IMG/VR virus record: IMGVR_UViG_3300025571_000387
Span: 1 to 29,115 of that record
Strand: one strand, 5' to 3'
DNA length: 29,115 nt
Source of the DNA: a virus
Taxonomy: Duplodnaviria; Caudoviricetes
Positions 1-7,977 of the stretch are shown here, in pieces; within the stretch, counting starts at the first letter, position 1, and each line of letters begins with the position of its first letter. The notes under the pieces are model-generated. The model searched no databases. It was not told the origin of the DNA and saw nothing but the letters and a program-made list of their open reading frames with translations. The translations under genes were made by a program, and so were the position numbers.

Positions 1-1
1 C

Positions 2-625
2 AAGCACGGCCACATTGTATTCGATGCTGCGAAATATCAACCAGGGGAAGATGGTTATCCAACTGGCCGCGGTTTCAACGGCGAATACAATGGTACGCTT
101 TCTGCAGAAGATATTATCGATATGGCTGTATCGATCATGGCTGCAGGCTTTACACCAACGGATATCATCATGCATCCGCTTTGCTGGAGCCTGTTTGCGA
201 AAAACGCAGCATTAGAAGGCGCAAGCGTTGCTGCATTCGGTCAAGGCACCGCATTTACAGATCCTCGCAACTTCAATACAACCAATGCATTAGGCCTCAA
301 CGTCATCTTCTCGCCATTTGTTCCATTCGACCAAGTGAACAAAACCTTCGACTTCTATATTATCGACCGCAACAACGTTGGAGTGATTGTTGTGAAAGAC
401 GAAATCTCCACAGAGCAATTCGACGATCCGCTTCGTGACATTCAAACCTTGAAAATCAAAGAACGCTACGGCGTCGGCATCTTAAACGGCGGTTTAGGTA
501 TTGCGGTTGCTCGCAACATCAAATTCGCGAAAACTTACCCAGCTCCAGAACGTCGCTTCGCAGAAATGCCGCTTCCTTCTGACTATACGGATCCAGCAAA
601 AGCAGCGAAGAAAGACGAAATCTGA
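2..625 (+). CDS. Major capsid protein, C-terminal part (5'-truncated by window; probable HK97 fold)
   Basis: Frame is open from base 2 (KHGHIVFDAAKY...) through the track ORF 122..625. Capsid-like segments include PTDIIMHPLCW, GLNVIFSPFVP and EQFDDPLRDIQTLKIKERYGVGIL. It lies directly upstream of neck and tail genes. Confidence 0.8.
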   Translation, partial: KHGHIVFDAAKYQPGEDGYPTGRGFNGEYNGTLSAEDIIDMAVSIMAAGFTPTDIIMHPLCWSLFAKNAALEGASVAAFGQGTAFTDPRNFNTTNALGLNVIFSPFVPFDQVNKTFDFYIIDRNNVGVIVVKDEISTEQFDDPLRDIQTLKIKERYGVGILNGGLGIAVARNIKFAKTYPAPERRFAEMPLPSDYTDPAKAAKKDEI

Positions 626-648
626 TGAATGCGTTGGCCCCTTTTTAT

Positions 649-1002
649 CAGCCTGACCGAGAAGACCCCCACTTATGGAAGTGGGGGTGAATCGGTCGGT
701 TTTGTTTAACTTCCCTCCGAAAGAAGTCTCCTACTTCTAAACGTGAGGGTGCGCCAGTACCAGTGAAAGTGGGAGATGAATTTCGGTTGGCGTTAGCCAA
801 AACGCATGACAAACTTGGTAAGTGACTATATGAGGTTGAGTGGACAAATGAGTCGGCGAAAACCAAGCAGATTCTTCCACTCGTAAAATAGCCAAGCTAG
901 GGTTGGGACGACCCGAAGTTACGCTCAGGGAGACGAAAGGTTGCTTTCGTCGTGGAACTGAGAAGCTCCCACTTCAAGCAGAGCTAAGTGGGAGTAGTTC
1001 AC
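649..1002 (+). mobile_element. Non-autonomous IS200/IS605-family (IS1341/tnpB-derived) miniature element, no ORF
   Basis: Preceded by TTTAT (644-648). Left-end hairpin ACCCCCACTT/AAGTGGGGGT (665-688). Right-end hairpin CTCCCACTT/AAGTGGGAG (966-994) followed by TAGTTCAC ending at 1002. No target-site duplication. Removing it restores a flanking hairpin. Confidence 0.85.
890..1002 (+). ncRNA. Putative TnpB omega-RNA (right-end RNA) scaffold; guide would continue into flanking DNA from 1003
   Basis: 899-961 reads RVGTTRSYAQGDERLLSSWN*, resembling the TnpB C-terminal tail that overlaps omega-RNA. Stems GGGTT/GACCC and GACGAAAG/CTTTCGTC plus the right-end hairpin, ending in TCAC. The 5' boundary is approximate. 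Confidence 0.65.
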
Positions 1003-1081
1003 AAGGGGCCCCATTCTATACTCATATCTAGAGCCGCATAGCTCTTGATCATAGGTTTCTTATTTAAGGAGGGGGAATTTC

Positions 1082-1411
1082 ATGTCCCGAATTAAAGTCG
1101 CTGTCTCTCCATTTTATCGTGGAGAAGATTGGACCGATGAATTAACAGGGATTACCTTTCGTCGCGATGACAAAGGAATGACCATTTATAGCATTCCAAA
1201 AAATCTGGATTTAACGAATATCAAAAAAGCTATTCGCTTAAACACATTGATTTTGGTCGAAGGTGAATTAGAAGACCTCACAAAAGAAGAAGCAGTGGAA
1301 GAGAAGAAAGAAGAAGTGATAGAGGCAAAAGAAGAAAAAACAGAATCCTTAGCATCGGGAAAAGAAGAGAAACCAAAAGCAAAAGCAAAGCGATCTAAGG
1401 GGAAAAAATAG
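1082..1411 (+). CDS. Small hypothetical virion-module protein with Glu/Lys-rich disordered C-terminus
   Basis: 109 aa, strong RBS (AAGGAGG ~1066-1072), located between capsid and neck genes, followed by a terminator. Confidence 0.8.
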   Translation: MSRIKVAVSPFYRGEDWTDELTGITFRRDDKGMTIYSIPKNLDLTNIKKAIRLNTLILVEGELEDLTKEEAVEEKKEEVIEAKEEKTESLASGKEEKPKAKAKRSKGKK

Positions 1412-1420
1412 TACAGCGAT

Positions 1421-1457
1421 AGTGGGGGGATTTCACAAATGACTCCCACTTTTTTTT
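1421..1457 (+). terminator. Rho-independent terminator
   Basis: AGTGGGGG...CTCCCACT stem followed by a run of T's just after the 1411 stop. Confidence 0.75.
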
Positions 1458-1482
1458 AAGCCTTATGGTGAGGTGAATACCG

Positions 1483-3009
1483 ATGCCGATGAATCTTTTT
1501 TTAATTGTAGGGATTACTCCTGCGAACCACGAAACAGAAGTTTCCGTAGATGCTTCCATTGTCGTTACTTTTGCGATGGATATGGATCGCCTAACCATGA
1601 CTCCATCTTATTTTCGTCTTCGTGAGGCGAATGGATCTTATGTCACCGTCTCTGTCGACTATGCGAACCGAAAGGCAACGATTCGTCCGTCTGCTCCATT
1701 AAATCCAGGGGTGCAATATGAGCTTCAGATTGTAGGCGGGCAGTCAGGCATTCGAACCATTACGGGAGATTACATGGCAGCGGATCGTTGGTATGATTTT
1801 ACGACTGCTTCCGTAGATCCTATTTCTCCTCCTGTTTCGGTATCTGTTTCTGTGTCGGATGGATATCCAACCGTATCATGGAATCCTCCTTCGACTTCTC
1901 CTTCTTCATTGGAATATGAAGTAAAGATTAGCACCAGCCTGCTTCCTCCTGAATCGGACCCAGGAGCAGTGGTTTGGCCGTCTTCTTCGGATGTTCTCTC
2001 TATCTCCTCCACAACGCTAGCGATTCCAATGAAACTACAGGCAGGAGATTATGTCGCGTACGTACGAGCCAAAAATGGGAAAGAGGCAAGCGATTGGAGC
2101 TTTGCTTCGTTTGTGGTTACAGAAGAGCCTGCTCCTTCGGTGAATCCTGATCCTTCATCGGATTGGAACGACTTTTACATTGCGGATTCGTACCCAAAGC
2201 ATCAACAATTCCATATAACGCCTGATGCCATCTACTTATTATTCTCTCTTCCAGTGGACCCTGCGTCGGTGACTACGGACTCAGTTTATCTGGTGATGGC
2301 TCCAGGAAAAGAAACTTACAACAAGATCGACCTTCTTACGACATACGACCACTCCAAACAAGTCCCTGCTAAGGTCACGGTACAAGATGCGAATGTGGTG
2401 GTGATTACCCCGTCACAACCACTGGATTCTTCGACAATGTATACGGTTATTGTTCGAGAAACCGTACAGTCCTCTGATGGCTCTTCCGCCCTCGGAGAAG
2501 TAAAGGGAATCTCCTTCCATACTGCATTCACTCCATTCTTTGGAGATCCTGAGGTCGTGCGGGAGAAACTCAAGGACATTCTTGTTGTCGGAGACTTGCT
2601 CTTATATAAGACCATGCATCAAATCAGCCAATATGCGTACGATATTGTCTCTCAGCAAAATGATTTTAATGCTGCGGACTACGAAGATGGGAAGGCGCCT
2701 TATTACGTCCATGAATACGTACAATGCCAAGCCGCTTATGATCTGTTGTTAAACGGCTACATGAATAAAAGCATGGGCGCAGGAAAAACCGTTCAGCTGG
2801 GTGATTTAATGGTGCAGGATAACACCAGCTCCTTAAATGTCACTTCGTTGCTTAGCGCTTTAGAGCAACAACTGAAAACATGGGAAGACTTGCTTCACGG
2901 ACACCATAATCGAGGATACGCAAAACCAGTCTACGCCGTGAAAGGGGAAACAGGAGCGGCATATCCTGAGTTCCTCACACGAACAGAGTTTAAAGAATTT
3001 GGTCAATAA
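1483..3009 (+). CDS. Ig-like domain protein (Big_5-like, FN3-like, Big_5-like) with putative C-terminal head-tail adaptor domain
   Basis: ITPANHETEVSVDASIVVTF...ATIRPSAPLNPGVQYELQI and SYPKH...VVVITPSQPLDSSTMYTVIV are Big_5/SbsA-like. PTVSWNPP...YEVKIS...GDYVAYVRAKN...SDWS is FN3-like. The helical C-terminal part with GKTVQLGDLMVQD resembles adaptor proteins. Confidence 0.7.
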   Translation: MPMNLFLIVGITPANHETEVSVDASIVVTFAMDMDRLTMTPSYFRLREANGSYVTVSVDYANRKATIRPSAPLNPGVQYELQIVGGQSGIRTITGDYMAADRWYDFTTASVDPISPPVSVSVSVSDGYPTVSWNPPSTSPSSLEYEVKISTSLLPPESDPGAVVWPSSSDVLSISSTTLAIPMKLQAGDYVAYVRAKNGKEASDWSFASFVVTEEPAPSVNPDPSSDWNDFYIADSYPKHQQFHITPDAIYLLFSLPVDPASVTTDSVYLVMAPGKETYNKIDLLTTYDHSKQVPAKVTVQDANVVVITPSQPLDSSTMYTVIVRETVQSSDGSSALGEVKGISFHTAFTPFFGDPEVVREKLKDILVVGDLLLYKTMHQISQYAYDIVSQQNDFNAADYEDGKAPYYVHEYVQCQAAYDLLLNGYMNKSMGAGKTVQLGDLMVQDNTSSLNVTSLLSALEQQLKTWEDLLHGHHNRGYAKPVYAVKGETGAAYPEFLTRTEFKEFGQ

Positions 3010-3023
3010 GGGGGCGGTAGGTC

Positions 3024-3545
3024 ATGAATCTGCGAAAAGAGTTTGATGACATCATTGCTCAATATGGGTATCCCATTTTATTGGTTCGGCAGAGCAAACA
3101 AGTTCGCTGTTCCTGCTGGAATGAAAAGAATCAGGAAGCAGATCGGGAATGCCCTGTTTGCTATGGGCTTGGCCGCGTCCCTATTATTGAAAAGCATTAC
3201 GTGCGAGACATGGATACGTCCGTTCCTGAGACGCTAACAAGACTGGTGCAAAAAGGCGAATTCGGAGAAATGGCCATGCCAGGCCGCGTCTATTATTTCC
3301 GTTACAACGCCCCTGTGTCCACAGGAGATCTCATTGTGGATGTCGATTGGACACCAGGCGGTAAACCCATATACACAGGAAGAGGAATTTATGAGGTCAA
3401 CCACGTGGATCCTCAGCAATTCCAGCGAGGGGAAGTCGTTTTCTACAAGGTATATGTGAAAGATCAACCTATTGAAAAAGAGATTCGCTCGATACGAATC
3501 ACCCAAGCCAATGGGATTCGTAATTATGAAATTGTAGGAAGATAG
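3024..3545 (+). CDS. Putative head-closure/neck protein with Cys4 zinc-binding motif
   Basis: RCSCW...ECPVCYGLG (CxC-x11-CxxC), a beta-rich remainder, and position between the adaptor and sheath-like genes. Confidence 0.6.
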   Translation: MNLRKEFDDIIAQYGYPILLVRQSKQVRCSCWNEKNQEADRECPVCYGLGRVPIIEKHYVRDMDTSVPETLTRLVQKGEFGEMAMPGRVYYFRYNAPVSTGDLIVDVDWTPGGKPIYTGRGIYEVNHVDPQQFQRGEVVFYKVYVKDQPIEKEIRSIRITQANGIRNYEIVGR

Positions 3546-3555
3546 GTGAGCTGTT

Positions 3556-5058
3556 ATGCGAATCACTCAATCGGATATTGGTTTTGTCCATCAATCCTCC
3601 TCATTTCCTGAATATACATTAATGTTAGTAGGTACGGCACTCGATGGACCCTCTCGCATTCCTTTTCGCATCAAAAAGCCAGGAGAAGTTCGCCGCATCT
3701 TAGGAGATTGCCCATTAAGCGACGCGTATCAAGCTGCTCATTTAGCGGGAGCTACTGATATTATCCTGTATCGGCTAAATGGAAAGCCTGCCAAAGCATT
3801 GGTTCGTTATGTTACGGATACAGAAAATCACCCGATCATGGAATTGACTTCTGTCGGCGGCAGCGATGAATATCACCAAATTCAGCTCATTATGTACGGA
3901 GATCACTTATATGTAGATGAGACGCAAATTGGCGGCGGCGTTCGGACCTATTATTATGACCGATATCCAACTGTATACGATCTTGTCTACGCTTTAAACC
4001 AAGACGCTTTTTATGGACTCATTTCGTTTACAGCTAAATCGCTCGATAGCGAATTCCGCCTACAAGATCTCCCTTCCGATTATGTATTGGACATTCCTTT
4101 TCAAGGCGGAGATTCGGAGTCCCATCTGGTGCTGGATCGTCAAGCAGACACTTATACCGATGAGCATTTAATGGAAATCAAGCAATATTTATTGGAAGGT
4201 CTTTTTGGAGAAGATCCTGAAGATCAGGCGGCATTTCATCCTGTTGGCCAATTAGGTTTACTTTCTTATGGCGTCATTGCTCTCGTCGATATGTTTCATG
4301 ATGACGGAATGGAGTTTACCGAAATCCTCTCTGAGTTTTGCAAGCAAAAAACCCTCGCCCATAACGATGGTTGTATAGGAGTCATTGGCACCGCTTCTCC
4401 TTTGGAGGAATCGTTGGAAGATGAAACATTTTTGGACACATTAGCGAATCAGTTATTGCAATACACTCCTTCGAGAGAGTGTGAATATGTTCAGGTGGTT
4501 ACGGGGGATACGTACTACCATATCGCAGGAAGACCTGTTTCGCTAGCTTATGCTTACGCAGGCGCACAAGTGACATTATCTCCTCATACGATGATGACCA
4601 ATAAATCTCTTTCTGGAGTAGGCGGGCTCCGCTATAAATTCTCCAAAGAAATGATTGATTCTTTGACCCAGAAAGGTTATATCTGTATTGTACCTTCTAT
4701 ACGAAGAGGTTATGTTCCATACCGAGCCACTACCTTTACCTCCAATTCGTCCTCGATGTACGCGAAGCCACATTGCATCCGCATTATGCAAGTCGTCACC
4801 AGAGCCATCTCCCACCACTTAGACTCCTTAATTGGTAGTATTTATGAACGGCTGTCGTTATCAGATATTCAAGAGTCATTAGAAGAAGTGCTGGATGGTT
4901 TCGTGGGAGACGAGATACTGCGGGATTACTATTTGTTGTGTAAGCTAGATTCAGTTTCCTCCACTCTTCATGTCACTCTGACCCTTGTTCCTTATTCAGA
5001 AATAGAATCCATTACCACCTCCTCCTCGATTATTTACCCAGAAGGGATGATTCTATGA
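3556..5058 (+). CDS. Tail sheath-like protein (divergent paralogue 1)
   Basis: Sheath-type N-terminus LMLVGTALDGP. MMTNKSL matches APTNKPV in 5699..7285, and the C-terminal RIMQVVTRAI...LIG...LHVTLTLVPYSEIESI parallels that protein's C-terminus. Confidence 0.7.
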   Translation: MRITQSDIGFVHQSSSFPEYTLMLVGTALDGPSRIPFRIKKPGEVRRILGDCPLSDAYQAAHLAGATDIILYRLNGKPAKALVRYVTDTENHPIMELTSVGGSDEYHQIQLIMYGDHLYVDETQIGGGVRTYYYDRYPTVYDLVYALNQDAFYGLISFTAKSLDSEFRLQDLPSDYVLDIPFQGGDSESHLVLDRQADTYTDEHLMEIKQYLLEGLFGEDPEDQAAFHPVGQLGLLSYGVIALVDMFHDDGMEFTEILSEFCKQKTLAHNDGCIGVIGTASPLEESLEDETFLDTLANQLLQYTPSRECEYVQVVTGDTYYHIAGRPVSLAYAYAGAQVTLSPHTMMTNKSLSGVGGLRYKFSKEMIDSLTQKGYICIVPSIRRGYVPYRATTFTSNSSSMYAKPHCIRIMQVVTRAISHHLDSLIGSIYERLSLSDIQESLEEVLDGFVGDEILRDYYLLCKLDSVSSTLHVTLTLVPYSEIESITTSSSIIYPEGMIL

Positions 5059-5684
5059 ATCATATGTTAAGGTCAGATCAAACATGCGACTTCGATGGAT
5101 TTACGGATATCGTTCATCGGTTGCTAAAAGCGGCATGGGGAGAAGATTGGGGGACCTTTTGCGAAGCCTTCCCCAATGGAAGAGACCCTCGTCACCTTTC
5201 CTTCCCTGTGATTACGTACACCCTCCAAGAAATGAGGCCAGGAGCGGTAGGAAAAAACAAGGAGATTAAACCAAGGTTCCGAGACAGCTATACGATTCAC
5301 TCCAATGATGAATCGGAGCCAAAGATGGTCTCTGTGTTTTCCCAGGTATTCGAATACGATGTGTGCTTTGAAATTTGGGAGGAAAACAACCAAAAGGCCA
5401 ATGAACTAGCCAAACGATTCCGCCAATTCCTTTCCACTTATACGGGGTACCTCATGAAAAACGGGGTCCAGCAATTGATTTTCGTCAAAATGAGCAACGA
5501 AAATCTTTCTCCAAAATGGAGAGAAGATATTGTGGTTCGAAAACTTGAGTACCTATTGCGACTCGAAGAACAATTTGAAGTGCCAAGCGATGTTATCAAA
5601 AAAGTTACTGGGAGTATCAGCGTTGCTGATCAGCTGCCAGATAACTCTATAGATCAAAGTCGTATTGACTTTACATTACCATAA
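5055..5684 (+). CDS. Putative tail completion/terminator protein
   Basis: 209 aa, ATGA overlap with the upstream gene. FPVITY...YDVCFEIWEENNQKANELAKRF is an alpha/beta pattern typical of tail terminators. It lies immediately before the main sheath gene. Confidence 0.55.
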   Translation: MNHMLRSDQTCDFDGFTDIVHRLLKAAWGEDWGTFCEAFPNGRDPRHLSFPVITYTLQEMRPGAVGKNKEIKPRFRDSYTIHSNDESEPKMVSVFSQVFEYDVCFEIWEENNQKANELAKRFRQFLSTYTGYLMKNGVQQLIFVKMSNENLSPKWREDIVVRKLEYLLRLEEQFEVPSDVIKKVTGSISVADQLPDNSIDQSRIDFTLP

Positions 5685-5698
5685 AAGGAGGAAATCGA

Positions 5699-7285
5699 AT
5701 GTCTAAGTATCCAAACTTACCAGGTATTGAAGTGCAAGTAGCAGATGGGGGATTGATTCTTCCTGAAGACGCTGCTAGCCAAAGCATGTTGATTATTGCC
5801 CCCTCGACAGAAGTAGGAGCTCCAACAGAGCCTGTTCTCATCCGTCAACATTCCGACTTGGTGGACTTTGGTTTCGGGGACTTCCTCAACTCTGCAGGGG
5901 TGGTAAACCCGATTGTTGCGGCTTGGAAAGCAGCGTATGACGGAGGTTGCCGCCGCATCTTTGTTATGGCTTTAGAGGGCAATGATACGAAATCGAGATT
6001 CATGTACCTCTATGACAAGCTATTTGGCATCTTAGCAGACTTCCAAGTCGACCATGTGGTTGCAGTCGGAGTATATGCAGATGAAGAAGCAAGCAACGTT
6101 ACCGCAAATGATTTTGCGAATCCAGAAGACCAAGCTGCGTTCCCGAACCTTCCAGGCGTTATGCGCTACGGCTATGTTGTAGAAACAGATGTACTAAACT
6201 ACAATATCGCCATTACTGCTACGACTGCCGATACTATTATCATCAATAAAGGCGGTACACAGCATACTATCACCTTGACTGCAAAAGTATACGATGGCAT
6301 GCCTGGAAAAACGCTAGAGGATTTAGCGAACGATATTAACGCAGAGTTCGAAGGCACCGCAGAATTGAAGAATTTCAAAGCGATCGTTCGTAGCGGTAAA
6401 ATCGCTATCATCGGAGATGCTGCTTTCACCATCACTGGCGGCACCGCATTAACCGCATTAAGACTTGCCTCTGGCTCAGCTGCGGTGAAACGAGCAGAAG
6501 ATGAGGGAACTATCTACGCAGGAAACTTCGCAAAATTATTAGGCGATTATGCAGAGACGCAAACGAAAAACCACAATTCAACGATTGCTTACATCGGTGT
6601 TGCTGCTCCAACAGGAAACACCTTAACTGAAGTAAAAGCAAAAGTTGATGCTCTTGTCCAACTCTATAACGAATACAGCCCATATGTAAGCGTCGTTGCG
6701 GGTCCTGAATTGGGTTACCGTATTCCAGGCAAGAACGATCTTTACTATACAAACGGTGTTGTCACTTACGCAGCATTAGTATCGATTTTGCGTCCTGAGT
6801 CCGCGCCAACCAATAAACCTGTTTATGGCGTAGCGGGTATGCATTATGTACTGTCGCTCCGTCAATTAAACATGTTAACAGGCAACAAATTTGTCACCTT
6901 CCGCTTAAAAAACAATCAAGTGGTTGTAACAGATGGCATTACGACTGCTCCAGACCTTGTCATCTCTGGTCAACGCAAGTCCTCTGACTTTATCCGCCTC
7001 TCCACGCTTCGCATTACCCAAGCTGCGATTGAGCTAATCCGTGAAGTATGTGAACCGTTCTTAGGAGAACCAAACCGTATGCCTCAATACAATGCGTTAA
7101 ACGCAACCATTAAAGGGGCATTAGAAGGAATGAAATCTTCTGGTGCGATTATGGACTATCGCTTTACTGTGGTTGCTCGCGGAGCTTCCTTGAACGAAGC
7201 TGTAGTCACCTTGGAAATCGTACCAACCTTCGAATTGCGTAAGATTTCGGTGGATGTTGCTTTGCGTCCTCAATTGGAGCAATAA
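5699..7285 (+). CDS. Major tail sheath protein
   Basis: Starts YPNLPGIEVQV, contains APTNK, and ends with the sheath domain RLSTLRITQAAIELIREVCEPFLGEPN...VTLEIVPTFELRKISVDV. Strong RBS (AAAGGAGG). Followed by tube genes. Confidence 0.9.
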   Translation: MSKYPNLPGIEVQVADGGLILPEDAASQSMLIIAPSTEVGAPTEPVLIRQHSDLVDFGFGDFLNSAGVVNPIVAAWKAAYDGGCRRIFVMALEGNDTKSRFMYLYDKLFGILADFQVDHVVAVGVYADEEASNVTANDFANPEDQAAFPNLPGVMRYGYVVETDVLNYNIAITATTADTIIINKGGTQHTITLTAKVYDGMPGKTLEDLANDINAEFEGTAELKNFKAIVRSGKIAIIGDAAFTITGGTALTALRLASGSAAVKRAEDEGTIYAGNFAKLLGDYAETQTKNHNSTIAYIGVAAPTGNTLTEVKAKVDALVQLYNEYSPYVSVVAGPELGYRIPGKNDLYYTNGVVTYAALVSILRPESAPTNKPVYGVAGMHYVLSLRQLNMLTGNKFVTFRLKNNQVVVTDGITTAPDLVISGQRKSSDFIRLSTLRITQAAIELIREVCEPFLGEPNRMPQYNALNATIKGALEGMKSSGAIMDYRFTVVARGASLNEAVVTLEIVPTFELRKISVDVALRPQLEQ

Positions 7286-7333
7286 GCGCACCCCCCTCTC
7301 TATAACTCAATAAGATAAAGGAGGATATCAGCT

Positions 7334-7900
7334 ATGGCTACTTCTCAATACACGAAAACGTATACTTCGTTTTCAGGCGCTGATATTATCGCAACCTTCA
7401 ATGGAGTAGTAATTGGCGAATTACAAGCGATTACCTACTCTGTTACACGGGAAAAAGCGCCGATCTATACGATGGGAGATCCAAACCCACGCAGCTTCTC
7501 TCGTGGAAAACGCGGTATCGCAGGATCCCTTGTCTTCACAGTTTTTGACCGCGACACCTTAATTGCGCTCAAAAACGCAGACAACCCAATCTATCGCCAC
7601 GGAATGAATACGACCGCTTCGCAACCTACTCCTGTTCATGGACCATGGAACAGCGAAGAAGTGATCAGCAAATGGTCTCAACCGCAAGTTCCAAAATACA
7701 GTGACGAAATTCCTCCGTTTGATATTACCATCAGCTTCTTGAACGAATATGGCCAATCTGCAAAAATGACCATTTACGGAGTAGAGATCCTGAATGAAGG
7801 AATGGGAATGTCTATCGATGACATTACCACCGAAAAAGCTTGCACGTTTGTCGCTCGTGCCATCGATGACATGGTAAGCGACAGCCATGAGAAAAACTAA
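7334..7900 (+). CDS. Major tail tube protein
   Basis: Directly after the sheath gene. YTSFSGADI...ELQAITYSVTREKAPIYTMG...RGKRGIAGSLVF...PPFDITISF is a beta-rich tube pattern. Strong RBS, followed by a terminator. Confidence 0.8.
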   Translation: MATSQYTKTYTSFSGADIIATFNGVVIGELQAITYSVTREKAPIYTMGDPNPRSFSRGKRGIAGSLVFTVFDRDTLIALKNADNPIYRHGMNTTASQPTPVHGPWNSEEVISKWSQPQVPKYSDEIPPFDITISFLNEYGQSAKMTIYGVEILNEGMGMSIDDITTEKACTFVARAIDDMVSDSHEKN

Positions 7901-7914
7901 CACGCCTCTTGGAT

Positions 7915-7950
7915 AGGGGAAGTCTCATAAAGAGGCTTCCCTTTCTTTCT
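7915..7950 (+). terminator. Rho-independent terminator
   Basis: GGGAAGTCTC-ATAAA-GAGGCTTCCC stem-loop followed by TTTCTTTCT. Confidence 0.75.
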
Positions 7951-7977
7951 AGGAGGATCAGAAAAGGGTGATGACCA

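Noticed and set aside
648-866. 72-aa minus-strand ORF inside the IS-derived element
   Set aside because: It runs through the palindromic end hairpins and has no TnpA HUH/Tyr or TnpB RuvC motifs.
649-1002. Repeated palindromes (CCCACTT...AAGTGGG) as a possible CRISPR array or riboswitch
   Set aside because: Only three imperfect copies with irregular spacing. They are better explained as IS605 left- and right-end hairpins.
7291-7316. Shared short motifs between intergenic regions (TCTATA-CTCA at ~1015 and ~7299; CTCAATAAGAT at 7306 and 10385) as a phage late promoter
   Set aside because: Too short and too few occurrences to separate from chance. One copy overlaps a stop codon.
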